Assembly: GCA_043228905.1 (NCBI GenBank)
Contig: JBHGNT010000008.1
Coordinates: forward strand, 13,516,001 to 13,580,000
Source of the DNA: Azolla caroliniana
Lineage: Eukaryota; Plantae; Polypodiophyta
Reading direction: 5' to 3'
Length of the DNA stretch: 64,000 bases
Both the position numbers and the translations under genes were made by a program. Below the pieces are notes generated by a model, which was not told where the DNA came from, searched no databases, and saw nothing but the letters and a program-made list of their open reading frames with translations. Shown here one piece after another: positions 49,021 through 63,444 of this stretch. Within the stretch, counting starts at the first letter, position 1. The number at the start of each line of letters is the position of its first letter.

Positions 49021-51493
49021 TGTTGTGAAAATCCGTCACTATGTGCGGATCGTGAGACGGAACCGCCGGGGTTCTGGACTAGAAGGATTTAGAGCAACAT
49101 GTACAACACAAGCAAGTTTTAAGCATAAGACAAGTGGGAGAGACAAATCATTAGTTTATTGCAAAAGAAAATCGATTCTTTATAATTTCAGAATCGTGTT
49201 ACAATGGGTTGGGTATGGAAATGAGAGATTAATTTTTCAAAGAAAGGAGCCAACAACCATGCAAGGAGTGGTCCGATATGAATACGAGAGATAATTTTTT
49301 ACCACAAAGATCGAGTAATCAAAGCTAGGAGTTTGATATCAATATGCGAGATAATTTGTTTCTCGAATCCAAGAGGGAAAAAGAAAGAAGGGAAAAAAAA
49401 TAAAATTAGGAGGGAAAATATGGGACATATATTGAGCTCCTTATTGAGCCTCCACCCCAATGTTACTTTGCATGCCCACTTTTAGTTGGCTAGCCTCTAT
49501 TTTTAGTTGCATGGCCTCTGCTTTTAGTTGCCTGCTTCCATTTTTAGATGCATGCCTTTTACTTTTAGTTGCATGGCCTTGGCTTTTGGTTGCATGCGAT
49601 TGTCTGTATAATTTGGCCAAATTACACAATCATCCATAAAGTTTAGCCCGTGCGCAATCCGTACGTGCGTCGCAACCAAACCGTAGACGCGTCTGCGTGC
49701 AAAAGTCCCGATCGTGTAGTAGTGTACGCATCCACGCATGCGCACGTCCCGACCGCGCTGTACTGTACGGATCCACACGCGTGCACGTCCAACCCGCACC
49801 GTGTACGCATCTGCGCACAAAAGTCTCGACCGCGCCGTAGTGTATGCGTCCATGTGCTCGTCCGAAACGTCCAAGTGTACGCCTGAAACTTGCACATGCG
49901 CGTACATCCGAAAACGTCCACGCGGCCATGCACACTCACGTACGCCCAAAGCGTTAACACAATCATGCATACATGCGTATGCCCGAAGTGTGCACACCAC
50001 ACAATGTAACCCAAGTCACCTTGAACATTCTGTGCTCCACACATTGATAGAATGAATATGTTTTGGTTTCCCTTATATATTCTGGGTTCCCATGTTGTCC
50101 TATCTATGTGGGATATCTCATAGTTTTGTCTTTTCTTTTCTTTTCTTCAAACTTCACACTCACATAAATTGATACTTGTTTATCTGTTTTATGCGTAGTA
50201 AAATACGCTATAGAGCTCTTGAACACATCTATCTTTCCATATCAATATATTAAGCTAATCGTAATTAATTATTTTACTAGTTTTCATATCGTGTCTGAAA
50301 AACCACACGACATTCACCCCCACCAAACCTGCACATCCACCGGTAGGTGCCAATTGTGGTGAGATTCCTCTTTTTTAATTATTCTTCTTTAACCTCGATG
50401 TTTGAGGATACATCATCTAGAGCTTCGATCTCAAGATTTGGGTCTTGTCTTCTCTTAAAGAACTTGATCCTCTTCCTTGCTATCGGCAAAGCAACTCGAG
50501 TTCCATCTAACTCCGCTAAAAAATAGGTTGCATTGCTTTCTATTTTCTTAACCATATACAGGCCAAACCATCATGTTGCGAACTTTCGAGCAGTGCTATA
50601 TTGATTATCGAGACTACTATCATAGACAAGAACCCAATCTCCTTGGCTTTTGGTTGCATGCGATTGTCCGTATAATTCGGCCAAATGACCCAATCATCTA
50701 TAAGTTTATCCCGTGCGCAATCCGTACGTGCATCGCAACCAAACCATAGACGCGTCCGCGCGCAGAAGTCCCGAACACGTAGTAGTGTACCCATCCACGC
50801 ATGCGCGCGTCCCGACCACGCCGTAGTGTACGCATCCACGCACGCGCGCGTCCAACCCGCACCGTGTATGCATCCGCACGCAAAAGTCTCGACCGCGCCG
50901 CAGTGTACGCATGCACGCATGCGCACGTCCCGACCGCGCTGTACTGTACGGATCCACGCGCGTGCGCGTCCAACCCGCACCGTGTACACATCTGCGCACA
51001 AAAGTCTCGACCGCGCCGTAGTGTATGCGTCCATGCGCTCGTCCGAAATGTCCAAGTGTACGCCTGAAACTTGCACACGCGCGTACATCCGAAAACGTCC
51101 ACGCGGCCATGCACACTCACGTACGCCCAAAGCGTTAACACAATCATGCATACATGCGTATGCCCGAAGTGTGCACACCACACAATGTAACCCAAGTCAC
51201 CTTGAACATTCTGTGCTCCACACATTGATAGAATGAATATGTTTTGGTTTCCCTTATATATTCTGGGTTCCCATGTTGTCCTATCTATGTGGGATATCTC
51301 ATAGTTTTGTCTTTTCTTTTCTTTTCTTCAAACTTCACACTCACATAAATTGATACTTGTTTATCTGTTTTATGCGTAGTAAAATACGTTATGAAGCTCT
51401 TGAACACATCTATCTTTCCATATCAATATATTAAGCTAATCATAAATAATTATTTTACTAGTTTTCATATTGTGTATGGAAAACCACACGACA
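49021..51493 (-). mobile_element. Internally deleted gypsy: full 3' LTR 49021-50312, PPT, ~330 bp of internal sequence, partial 5' LTR 50640-51493
   Basis: TG..CA ends, 4-bp TSD ACGG at 49017-49020 and 51494-51497, and PPT complement ttcacccccacc at 50313. CG-rich U3 repeats differ in copy number between the LTRs. Confidence 0.88.
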
Positions 51494-51899
51494 ACGGGTT
51501 GCAAGCAAACAAACACAATAAGTAGAGGGAATGCACCATGTAGAGGGAACACACCAGGTAGAGGGAACACTTGGAGGTAGAGGGAACACGACCAATTGAA
51601 CAAAGACCGATGCGAAGGAGACATGATGAGCAGACCACACTTTCGAGAACGCCTGAGAGAGAGAACGCGGCCAGTAGAGGAAGGCTCGATGCGACGAGGA
51701 CATAGTACAACACTTGAGATAGACAGGAGGCGACAAGGACACAGTTGAACATCTTGTGTCGATGCAACGAGGACACAATAGGACACATGAGCATATTGTT
51801 GTTGCAAAAAGAGGACCGAGAATGCTTGGAGTTTGCGGGGTGAGCAAAGAACATGGAGAAACCTGTGTGCAGAAGTTGGAAGAGAGAGAGAGAGAGAGG

Positions 51900-54800
51900 G
51901 AGGGAACTTGAGATAAGGGGGAGTGCATACCTATTCCTGACGACGAGATGAAGTGATCCATCCTTTTTCTTGACAAAGAAAATGGGTGCGTCGGTTGGAA
52001 ATTTCAAATGTCGAATAAAACCATTTGCCAAATTCTCTTCTATATAGGCTTGAATGACTTCTAGCTCGGTTGGTGACAAGTTGTAGATCGGGCCCCATGG
52101 TGGCTCCTTTCCCAGTTGTAAATCAATGGGGCAATCATACGGTCGGTGGTGAGGAAGCGTATTGGCTTGTACCTTATCGAACATATCGGCATAATGATGA
52201 TACTTCTTTGGAAGTTGAACTGTGGATTCCTCTTCAGTGCTATCAGAAGGTTTTACTGATACTTCGAAGAAAAACATTGCTTCCTTGTATCCTTCCTCAT
52301 GCAATTGACGTAGCGAAATGGTTGCAATCCAATGAGTGATCCCCGGATTTCTCTTGTTCTCCAATCTATGTCTGGGTTATGTAATTCGAACCATGGTAAC
52401 CCCAAGACAATTGGATGGTCTAGGACAACCTAAATCGGCTCTGATTTTTCTACGATTTTTCCGGAAGCAATGAGACGACCATCAATAACTACTACAGATG
52501 TTGGGCAAGAAAGTTTTCTTAGGGATTTCTGATGAGCTTGGGAAAATTTCCTATCCTTAAAGCAAGAGTTGGCTCTAGAATCTAAAGTGCTAAGACATGT
52601 ACTAGACGAATACTTTTAGTACTAACCATTACTTGAGCTAAGAACACATTGCTAGCTTGCTTAGAGGAAATGGAACCACTAATAGGTTGCACATATCTAG
52701 GGTTGTCCAACCAAATGGCTCCTATTTAGGCTAGACTTAGTCGTTTAACTCTTCTTCTAGTTGACTAAGGATTTCAAATTTGTTTGAAAGGCTTGGGCTA
52801 TTGGTACTATTAGGACTATCATATATTCCTACTGAAATGAACTCGGGTTTAGTACAATTAGAATTAGTGACTATTTGGTTTACTTGTCTTCTTGGCCTAT
52901 GGGGACAGTTCACCGCAATATGTCTTGTTCCACCGTAATGAAGACATAGTCGATTTGCTTGGCGTCGCTGCTTTTTCTCTTCCGATAATGGTCTGCGATG
53001 ACATGTGGTGTTAATTTCCATCGGAGTTGGAGTATTTGCTGGAGACACATTATATGACTACCTTAGAAAAGGTTTTGCTACAACTATAGCGTAGGTGGGC
53101 TCTGATCTTGTCCTTGGCATCTGGAACTGACGTTCCGAACGTCGTTCGAAAAGACGGTTATTGCATCGCACTGCGCGACTGATTGCTTCTATTAATGACT
53201 TTGGCTCTTCGGGGAAAGTTAAGAGTAAATCCTTGACATCATTACGTTGACGTGGCTTTCAGTGCCGGATCGTTGTGTGAGTTGGGTGGGAACCGCTAGG
53301 GTTTTGGACTAGGAGGTTGGATAATTCAAGGCAAATAAGAATGTGAATAGGTTGTAAGTAAAAGATATAAAACCTCATGAATCGCACAGGTACAGTGTAT
53401 TAATCAACACTTAGATAAGAATATGAATTTAGATAAAAAAGAAAGAGAGAAAAAACTTGTGAATCCCAAAAGTATAGATTATTAATCCTCCTTGTAAAAA
53501 ATATTCAACAACCATATACATCTTTCTTTCTTCCTTATATAGTGATGGAAGAGTCTAAGTTTACCACATGCAAGCATCATGCCTTTTCTAACTTTAGTTT
53601 TCATGCACACTACATGTGCATGATTAGCTTTCTATCACATCTTTTCATTTAACTCGAGTGTGTATGCATGAATAACTTTTTCTATCATGCTTATCTAGAA
53701 TATTTACATGGGATAAAGTTTAGTATAACTTTAAAACTCATAATATGCTAGTAAAATGGTAAGGTTTAAAATCGTCAACATGGAGATACAGGGTTCAAAT
53801 CCTGCCTTATGCATGTAACATAATTATTGTAGCATTTTATCCTATTTCTTTATACTTAGTCAATCAGGTACTCCACAGATATTTTACATAGTGTACAAAG
53901 TACACCACGACAACGTAGGCCAAAACGAAATTGCTCCATTAATGCCTGGTCATCCCAGGGCATATCGGTGGCGAGAAGACGGAAATCTACAGCATAAGCC
54001 GAGGCCGACCTCTCACCATGGTGCAATCTTCGGATTTTGTTGATTGTCGTCCTAACATTGTCAGTATGTCCGAAACAGGCTTTAAAACTCGCTTATAAAG
54101 TCTTCTAAATTATTTAAAAATGGAGAGTTTTTTTCTAATAGGGGGGTGAACCATGCCAAAGTCGTGCCACTAAGTAGCATGCGTACTAGTCCCACTCGTG
54201 ATGCATCGGTGGGATATCGTGGCTTTTTTGGGTCCAGTTCCGGAGATTTGAATCACTAAGCGTACCTGATGAAGAAAAATTCTGAATTGTGATCAAGTCC
54301 CATCAAATTTCATAGGAAGTCCGATGTTGGGTTCTTTGTGAGTCCCTTGAGTGCTTGATCCTTATTGTTGTAGTGATACAATAGTCGCTTCAAGTTGTTG
54401 TACACGTAACAATGAGCTCCCCATGTTGTTGTTGTTTTTCTAAAGCTATTTGCTAAAGATCCCCCAATAGACGGTGATTTTCTTGTTCTAGTACTATCAA
54501 GAACAATACTAAGACAGAGAGGGAATTAGTACTAAAAGATCCGAATTAATACTAAGAGAGAGAAAATGGTGTGGAACTCATGAGAGAAGGAGAGAGAGAG
54601 AGAGAGAAAGAAAGAAAGAAAGATATATTAACGTCTTCTAAGGCCAAAATTGGCCTATGTGACAAATGGTTTACTAAAATAATGGGATATTTACCCATTC
54701 ATGAGAGAGAGAATGATGATAACAAAAGATATATTATATTATATGAAGAGTAAGTACAAGAATAGCTATGAGGCTTAAGCCTAGCACTCAGAACTGATTT

Positions 54801-55012
54801 GGTTCGAAATAATGCCTTGTGCCTCCTTTTATAGTGTTTTCAGGAGTACTCCTGAAGTTTCTAGAATGTTCCAGAGAAGTTTGGAAATCAAATTTCTATA
54901 GTGAAATAATAAATGAAAACAATATCTTTTGTATTATAATATATAGTCTAATGGTAAGGGCTTGACTCATGTAACATAAGGTCATGGGTTCGAATCTTGT
55001 CATATCATGACA
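51900..55012 (-). mobile_element. Degenerate Tcn1-like element (LTR 54495-55012, gag, protease, RT start)
   Basis: Collinear with 32880-35456. The PBS and gag start are deleted, and it is interrupted by the solo LTR at 53248. Confidence 0.88.
53248..53912 (-). mobile_element. Solo LTR of the Trp-primed gypsy family
   Basis: TG..CA ends, TSD ACGT at 53244-53247 and 53913-53916, and reverse-complement homology to 3874-4596. Confidence 0.9.
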
Positions 55013-58000
55013 TTTGCCTATTTTCCTGGTATCCGTTTTGGTTTCCTCCTTTCTCCCCTTCAAGATACTGAAGACCAAGCATCTCCAAAAAATGCCCCAA
55101 CTTGTTGGTTCCGAGCGCCTTGGACATACCGTAGTTCGACTTCCCTGTTGAGAACCCAGTTGCTCATGTTGTTGTAGTAGATCGGGATCGAAGTCGATAC
55201 TTCGATCCGGAGGTCTTCTAGCAGCTGACGAAGCCAAATGGCTTCATAGGTGGCAATGGTAGCAACCCGATACTCAGCCTTAGTGCTCGAAAAAGCCATT
55301 GTCGGTTGCTTCTTGTTGCTCCATGGAATAGGTGCACTACCTAAAGAAAACATAAATCCGGATTTTGATCGCCAATCCGACGCATCACCGGCCTAGTTGG
55401 CATCTATATATCCGACTAGTTTCTCGGTTATACCATGTCAATATAACAATCCCCGTCCTTAGTGCCGCCAACATACCTCAATATTCGGTGCATGCACTAA
55501 AGGTGTTGCACGGTTGGCTTGTGCATGAATTAACTGATTGCTCCGACCGGATAGCTAATGTCGGGTCACTGATTGTTAAATAAATAAGGCTTTTGAGAAT
55601 TTGTCAGAACCGTGTCTCGTTGCAGGCCGATCCGGAGTCGGGATGAAGCTTCAGGTTCTAATCTAGGGGTGTGGAGATTGGTCGACAATCCGTCATGCCG
55701 AACTTGTACAACATATTTAGTACATAATATCATTGTGACAACAATATGCCGTCGCGGGTATGGATCACCTCGATCCCGATGAAGTAATGAAGGTCCCCCA
55801 GGTCCTTCATTTCGAATGCATCCAATAGCTGGGACTTCACGTGGCCGATTTTAGCAAGTTCGGGTCCGATGATGACCAGATCGTCTACGTATAACAAGAT
55901 ATATATTGGACCTTCCAGACCTTTTCAGATGAACAGTGAAGAGTTCGACTTTGATGTCACTAACCCCATCTTATGCAACCAGTGCGTGATCTTCGAATTC
56001 CATGTATAAGGGGCTTACTTCAGGCCATAAAAGGACTTTTTGAGTTGGCACACTCCCGACTTGTTCATGACTGACTAAAATCCTAGGGGCTGGATCATGT
56101 AGACATGTTCTTCAAGGTTCCCTTGAAGAAATGCATTCTTCACATCCATTTGGTGAAGAAGCCACCCCCTTGCCGCAGCACCCACTAGTACCACACGAAC
56201 CATTGTCATCTTCGCTACCGGGGCGAAGGTCTCATCGTAATCGATTATGTGGGTCTGCGTGTACCCTTTGGCCACTAACCAGGCCTTGTACCGGTTGACT
56301 GAACCGTCAACATTGTACTTTACCTTGTGCACCCACTTGCAACCCATCCGTTTGCAATGTCGGGGAGTGTCAACCAAGTCCTGTATGTCGTTGGCATCGA
56401 GTTCTGTAAAAGGTTTCTTGCGGAAGCATTAGAAAGAACAATACACAAGGAGAGAGAGAGAGTACGCAGGAGAGATAGAGATAGAGAGAGAGCAAGACAC
56501 ACTAATTTTCAAAATTATATGAATACTCTGTGCTCTGTATCTACAACGCACTCATAAGCGCTTTTTATACAAGTCCACACGGGACTGTTAGAAGTACGGT
56601 GTACTTCAATGCTCACACGAGCATCTGACACTAACTACGAGACTATAACTGCCTAGTAGTCTAACCTATACTAGGCTTCCAGTTACGGATTGGATCCGGC
56701 ATACCGGTTCATCTCGCTTACCGGCTCAGGCTTATTCAGCCGATCCGGCTCCGGTTGAGCTTGCCGCTCAACACTCCCCCTCAAGCTCAACCTGAGGTAG
56801 GGTCGTAGTGTCAACCTCTGTGGCAGCCGGTTCTTCCAACCGACTTCTCCTGGCATTGCTTCGCCTTGCTCGCGCTCCTTGTCCAGTCCGGTCCTGTTTG
56901 CCACGACCCCTTTGGTTCTGCGCGACTTAACCTTCGACATGTCTGCTCAATAGGCCCATCTCAGCTCCTTCGCTGCTATGACTCCGGCGCTTGCCAATCC
57001 GTCGGTTCCTCTGCGATGGCATCGACTTCCGCTGCGTCCGTGTCTCCTTGGCCTCTCGTTGATCCAACTCATCCGGATCCGTCTGTTGATCCGAATCGGC
57101 TATCTCCGACTCGTTCCAGCCCTTGTCCGAATCGGTATTCTCCGATTCGAATTTCGGCTTCAGGCCTCTCACCACATCGGACCACGTCCGGGTCTTGCCC
57201 TTCTCCGTGCTTCCCTTGGCTTCTTCAGATGGTTCACCGAAGTCAATTCTTCGTTCGACTCCGCATCATGGTCATTACAATCGTGAGGACCTCCGCATAG
57301 CATGCCCTTCTCTTCCTGAGTGTACACTTCTTCTTCACAGCCGCTCACTCCAACCTGTTCGGATGTGCCGACTTCCTTCGTCGACTCGGATGTACCGGTT
57401 CTTCTCTTACCTACGGGTTCAACAGTTTTTTTGCCTTTGCCCGTTTCGGTAGTGTCTTTGCCCTTGTGTCTCCCCCTCAAGTGCGGCACGTCGAGATGAT
57501 GAACACCAAGCATTTTGGTAAACTGCTGCAACTTGTCCGACCCGAGCGGCTTGGTGAAGTTGTCAACAACTTGCTGATCCGTGTGAACATACTGTAGTTC
57601 AACTTCACCGCTCACACACGAAGTGATAATGCACTTCTATGTGCTTTGTGCGAGCATGGAACACAGGGTTCTTGGCGAGCTGCATGCTACTGAGGTTATC
57701 GCAGTAGATCAGGATCGGGGTCGGTACCTCGATCCACAGGTCTTGCAGTAGTCGTCGAAGCCAAATGGCTTCGCAGGTGGCAACGGTCGCGCCCCGGTAT
57801 TTAGACTCAATGCTGGATAGAGCCATTGTTGGCTGCTTTTTGCTGCTCCACGTAAGAGCCGCGCTCCCAAGAGAAAACATAAAGCCGGAAGTTGAGCGAC
57901 GATCTGTTGCATCACCAGCCCAGTCGGCATCCGTGTAGCCGACAAGCTCTTTGGTTATACCTTGCCGGTATAAGAGCCCCCCGTCCTTAGTGCCGCCTAC

Positions 58001-61000
58001 ATACCTCAGTATTCGTAGCACGCACTGAAGGTGCTCCACGGTCGGCTTCTGCATGAATTGGCTTACCACTCCGACCGGATAGCTAATGTCGGGTTGGGTG
58101 ATGGTCAAGTAGATCAGGCTTCCGACTATTTGTTGGAATCGTTTCTCATCGCAGGGTGGTCCGAAGTTGGGACGGATCTTCTGATTCCGGTCCAAGGGTG
58201 TAGAGACAGGTCGGCATTCCGTCATGCCGAACTTGTACAATATATTCAACACATAATGGCGTTGAGAAAGCAATATGATGGCGTTGAGAAAGCAATATGC
58301 CGTCGGGGGTGCGGATCACCTCGATCCCCAAAAAATAATGAAGGTCCCCCAAGTCCTTCATATCGAATGCGTTCGACAACTGGGACTCGACGCAGTTGAT
58401 TTCCGGAACACCTGGGCCGGTGATGACTAAATCATCAACATAGAGTAAGATACATACCAGACCGTTTGAGCCTTGATGGATGAATAGGGAAGAGTCCGAC
58501 TTAGAGGCAACAAACCCCATCTTTCGCAACCGGTGCGTGATCTTAGCATTCCAAGCACAGGGGGCTTGCTTCAAGTCGTACAACGACTTCCTCAACCGGC
58601 ATACCGCTGACGGAAATCCGGGGGGCTGAGTCATAAAGACTTCCTCTTCAAGATCTCCTTGAAGGAAGGCATTCTTCACATCCATCTGATGAAGATGCCA
58701 CCCCCTTGCCGCAGCAACCGCCAATACCACACAAACCGTCGTCATCTTCGCTACAGGAACGAAGGTCTCGTCGTAGTCGATTCCGTGGGTCTGTGCATAT
58801 CCCTTCGCCACTAACCGGGACTTGTACCGGTTAACTGTACCGTCGGCATTGTACTTTACTTTGTACACCCACTTGCATCCGATCGGTTTACAGTGACGGG
58901 GAGGGTCAACCAGGTCCCAAGTTCCATTGGCATCTAGTGCCTGCATTTCTTCCTCCATAGCGGCACGCCAATTTGCGTCCTTTGCCGCTTCTGCGTAGCT
59001 CTCCGGCTCACGCACTTCCGCGACCTTGGTCATGTATGCATAATGATGCGCCATGTACTCGTTATACCCGTACCATTTAACGAGATCCTCCTGGCGGGTG
59101 GACCGGCGTAACTCACCGTTACCCGGTATGAGACCCTTCTTGGCCGGTGCAGTCTTCGTTCCTGAAGATTTGCCTATGTCCTTGCCGAAGTCAGATACGC
59201 ACTGATCTGACTCATCATTGCCGGTCTCGAATTCCAGCATCTTCTGCTTCCCTTTCTCTTTGCGTGTGAACCGTCTCCTCGGTTCCTTGCGCGGGGAGAG
59301 CACGACAGAGTCTCCACTACTCGCCGTCTCATCATCCGACTGGTTGGACTGATCCAGTCTCTCATTCGGTCCGCTTAACCAGAATGATTCCGGACTCTCA
59401 TCTTGAGTCCCGACTTCATCTTTCTCTACCTAGGCCGGTTCAAGCTCACTAGCCCCATCCTCCGACATCGGGTCGGGATCGGAAATCGGAGTCTGTAAGG
59501 AATACCACGATGCCGATTCATCAAATTCGACATCTCGGCTGACTCAGACCTGCTTTGTCCGGGGGTTATAACACTTATACCCCTTTTGCTCTTGAGCATA
59601 GCCGACTAGGATGCTTTTTTCCGATTTTGCATCCAGCTTTCTCCATTTCTCATCCGGCACATGTACATAGGCTATGCTGCTAAATATCCGGAGGTGTCTC
59701 AAATTCGGCTTGCGCCCGAAATACAGCTCGTGAGCTGACACCTTGTCCCCGATCCGGTTCTGGATGTAAACGGCCGTTTGGACCGCCTCTGCCCAGTAGA
59801 ACTTGGGCATGCTCTTTTCCTCCAGCATTGCCCTAGCCACGACAATCAGCGACCGATTCTTCCTTTCGGCCACACCGTTCTGTTGCGGTGTGTATCTGCA
59901 GCTAAATTCTCGCCGAATTCCTTTTTGTTGCAGATAGCTATTGAATTGGCCGCAAAAGTACTCTTTTCCGCCATCCGGCCGTAGGCATTTGATCTTCCTC
60001 TCCGATTCCCGTTCCACCATCTTCTGGAGGCTCCGGAAACACTCGAAGACTTCGCTCTTCCGCTCAATGAGGTAGATCCACGTATGCCGCGTGTAGTCGT
60101 CGATGAAGGAGACGAAATATCGACTCCCGCCAATGCTAACATTTTGTGCCAGTCCCCACACATCTGAATGGATAAGATTGAGCTTGTTACGGCTTCGATT
60201 TCTTTTGGTGGGGAATGGAAGCCGGTGTTGCTTCCCGAGTTAGCAGGCTTCACAAATCTGAGCTCTCCGGCCGCTAAACTTCGGCAAAACGAAAACGACT
60301 TGTTCCGTTTGTAGGTCTTGAAGCCTCTGGTAGTTGACGTGGCCGATCCACTTGTGCCACAGGTCGATATCCGACTTGACCTTCTATCCTTTGGCGAACA
60401 GTGCGGTGCCGACGTCAGTGGTGTTGAGGATAAACATCCTCCCATCTCTGCGCCCTTGCGCAATAACTTCGCCCTCATCCTCAATGAAGCACCCGAGGTG
60501 CGTAAACCGCACCTGCATCCCCTGGTCGACGATCTGTCCGACTGACACCAGGTTCTTCGTGATCGTCGGAACATGTAATACATTCATCAACTTCCCCCTC
60601 TATCCGACGTGGCTGAAAGGGACTTCTCCAACGTGCACGATTGGGTGGGGAGTGTCATTTCCGGTTTTGACAACTCCCGGTTGATCCGGCTTCTCCAAAA
60701 AGGAGAACCACTCCCCGTGGCTCGTCATGTGGTTCGATGCCCCGGAGTCAACATACCACACTTCCTCCGATTTGGAAGTGTTCTTCTTCATTGAGTTTGC
60801 CTTGTGCTTCCTCACCAAGGCTGGCCCCTTACCGTTCTTCAATCCTCCCGATCCGTTTGCGTAGTGCGAGCTTTGCCGGCCTTCCCTACCGGTCTTGCCG
60901 GATCCGGATTTGTCCGAATTGGCACGCTTTCTCCAGCACTCACTTTCCCTATGGCCCTTTTTGCCACACTACCAGCATTCCATAGCGTATTTGTCTTGCC

Positions 61001-63026
61001 GGCCTCCGGCACCACCTTCACTCCCTTTGCTTGTGGAATTCCCGGAACTGCTGTCGGCACACTCACTGTGCCTTCGTTCCTGTTCTTGCCGGCTGCTTCC
61101 ATTGCGTGCCGACCTGCCTCCTCCACCACACCGACAAGACCAATCCGCTCCCGTGTATAGCATCCGGTTGTCTGGGGACGCACTGGTAGATGCACCGGCG
61201 TGGTTCTCCTCTACAAGGAGCATCGACTATAAGTCGAAAAATGAGGGGTATTCTCCCTTGTACAAACCGCAGTCCGGAAAGCTCCGAACTTGGACGCCAG
61301 ACCTCCAAGACAAACCTACACAATCTCCTCTTCCTTTAGGTGACGTTAATAGAGGCAAGCGAGTCACAGATCCCTTTGATCCGAGCTGTGTAATCTGCCA
61401 TCGACATGTTCTTCTGTCGAACATTGCTCAAGTCTTGTCTGAGTTGCAACTTCCAGGCAGTGGTGCTTCCGGCGAAAACCTTTTTCAAGTTTCCCCAAGC
61501 ATCCTTCGGTGTCTTGGCATCACGGATATGGCTGAGCAGCTAGTCATCGACACTAGACACGAAGCAGTACATCACCCTACTTGCCGCCTGTTCCCACACT
61601 GGGAAGCCCTTGTGTGTTGTCTCTGGTGCGGAGTCGTTCACTCCGTCGACATAACTCCAGTAGCCATGCCCAAGCAAGTACTGGTGCATCTTGTATTACC
61701 AAGATGTGTAGTTGGTTCTGTCGAGCTTCTCCACCGGGAGTGCCGTAGCCATACCTCTGTCCATTTCTCCTTTTGTGTCTGCTTTAGCGATCTGTTAGGG
61801 TTTCCTTCACAAGCGTAGATGTCTACAGCAAAGGTTCTCAACCCACGCGCTCTGATACCATGTAAAAGATTTCTTGCGGAAGCGTTAGAAAGAACAATAC
61901 ACAAGGAGAGAGAGAGAGTATGCGGGAGAGACAGAGAGAGAGAGAGAGAGAGCAAGACACACTAATTTTCAAAATTATATGAATACTCTATGCTCTGTAT
62001 CTACAACGCGCTCATAAGTGCTTTTTATACAAGTCCACACGGGACTGTTAGAAGTATGGTGTACTTCAATGCTCACACGAGCATCTGACACTAACTACGA
62101 GACTATAATTGCCTAGTAGTCTAACCTTTACTAGGCTTCCAGTTACGGGGTTCATTTCGCTTACCGGTTCAGGCTTATTCAGTTGATCCGGCTCCAGTTG
62201 AGCTTGCCGCTCAACAAGTTCCCACATCTCTTCCTCCATAGTGGCATGCCAATGTGTGTCCCTTGCCACTTCTGCGTAGCTCTCTAGGTCACACACCTCC
62301 GCCATTTTCTTCATGTACCCATAGTGATGCGCTATGTACTGATTATATTCGTACATTTTTACAGGGTTCTTTTGGCGGGTCGATCGGTGTAACTTCTCAT
62401 TAACCGATTTCAAGGCCCTCTTGGATGGCTCGGACTTCGTCTCCAAAGGTCCGTCTTCGTTCTTTCCGGAGTCTATTTCGCTTAAATCTGAACCATCTCT
62501 ACCGATGTCATATTCTAGCATCTTCTTCTTCCCTTTCTCTTTGCACATGAACCGTCTCCTCGGTTCCTTGCATGGGGAAAGCACGACTGAGACTTCGCTA
62601 CTCACCGGCTCATAATCGGAATGGTTGTTCCGACTTAGTCGTTAGTTCGGCCCACTCAGCCGAAATGAAATCAGACTCTCATATAGAGTATTGAAGACTT
62701 CTTCTTCTACTCGGATTATTTTTGGCTCACTGGAATCATCTTCCAGAATTGGGTCGGACTTGGGGGTTAAAGTCGGTAGATAGTACCAGCATGCCGAATC
62801 GTCAAATTTGACATCTCGGTTTACTCGTACTTGCTTAGTTTGGGGGTTGTAGCACTTGTACCCCTTCCGGTCATGAGAGTAACCGACTAGTATGTACTTC
62901 TCCGACTTCGAGTCCAACTTGCTCCTCTCCACATAGGCAATGCTACCGAATATCCTAAGGTTCCTTAATTTGGCTTCCATCTGAAATACAACTCGTGTGC
63001 TGACACCTTATCCCCGATCCGGGTTA
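55013..63026 (-). pseudogene. Older copia pol relic (IN, RT, RNaseH) hosting the 56405-62216 insertion
   Basis: Contains QMDVKNAFLQG, WSNKKQPT and ILVGYS..RKGYKCY. MEEEMWEL continues into DAND across the insertion. Confidence 0.85.
56405..62216 (-). mobile_element. Full-length degenerate Ty1/copia with LTRs 61861-62216 (5') and 56405-56773 (3')
   Basis: TSD AGTTC at 56400-56404 and 62217-62221, Met PBS at 61849-61860, and PPT next to 56773. Contains YVDSGASNHM, PQQNGVAER, LYVDDL and YTDADWAG. A 22-bp tandem duplication near 58255-58298 frameshifts RT. Confidence 0.95.
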
Positions 63027-63034
63027 TGTTATGA

Positions 63035-63444
63035 CATGCATGGGGAGCTATTTCATGGCAGTCGAGGTTGCAAAAGAGGGTTGCGTTGTCAACCACGGAA
63101 GCGGAGTACATGGCAGTTATGGAAGCAGGCAAGGAAATACTATGGATGAAGGACTTCTTTGAGAGCTAGGGATCGGACAAGAGGAATACCGGCTCTATTG
63201 TGACAATCAAAGTGCCATCCACCTTGCGAAGAATGCGGCGTATCATTGTAGGATGAAGCACATCCAGCGGAGGTACCACTAGATCCGGGAGCAAGTGGAA
63301 GATCGAGAGTTCGTGCTGACGAAAATCTACACGGAGGAGAATGGGTCAGATATGCTGACCAAAGTGCTGACACCCGACAAGCTAAACGCATGTCGGAAGC
63401 AGATCAGATTGACGAGGCATCCCATGCTGGAGTGAAGGGGGAGT
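63035..63444 (+). pseudogene. Tork-like copia RNaseH and PPT fragment
   Basis: Collinear with 23270-23689 (SWQSRLQK, STTEAEY, gaagggggag). Confidence 0.9.

Noticed and set aside
49524-51236. Long Arg/Cys/His-rich ORFs on both strands
   Set aside because: These are artefacts of stop-poor CG-rich U3 repeats inside LTRs.
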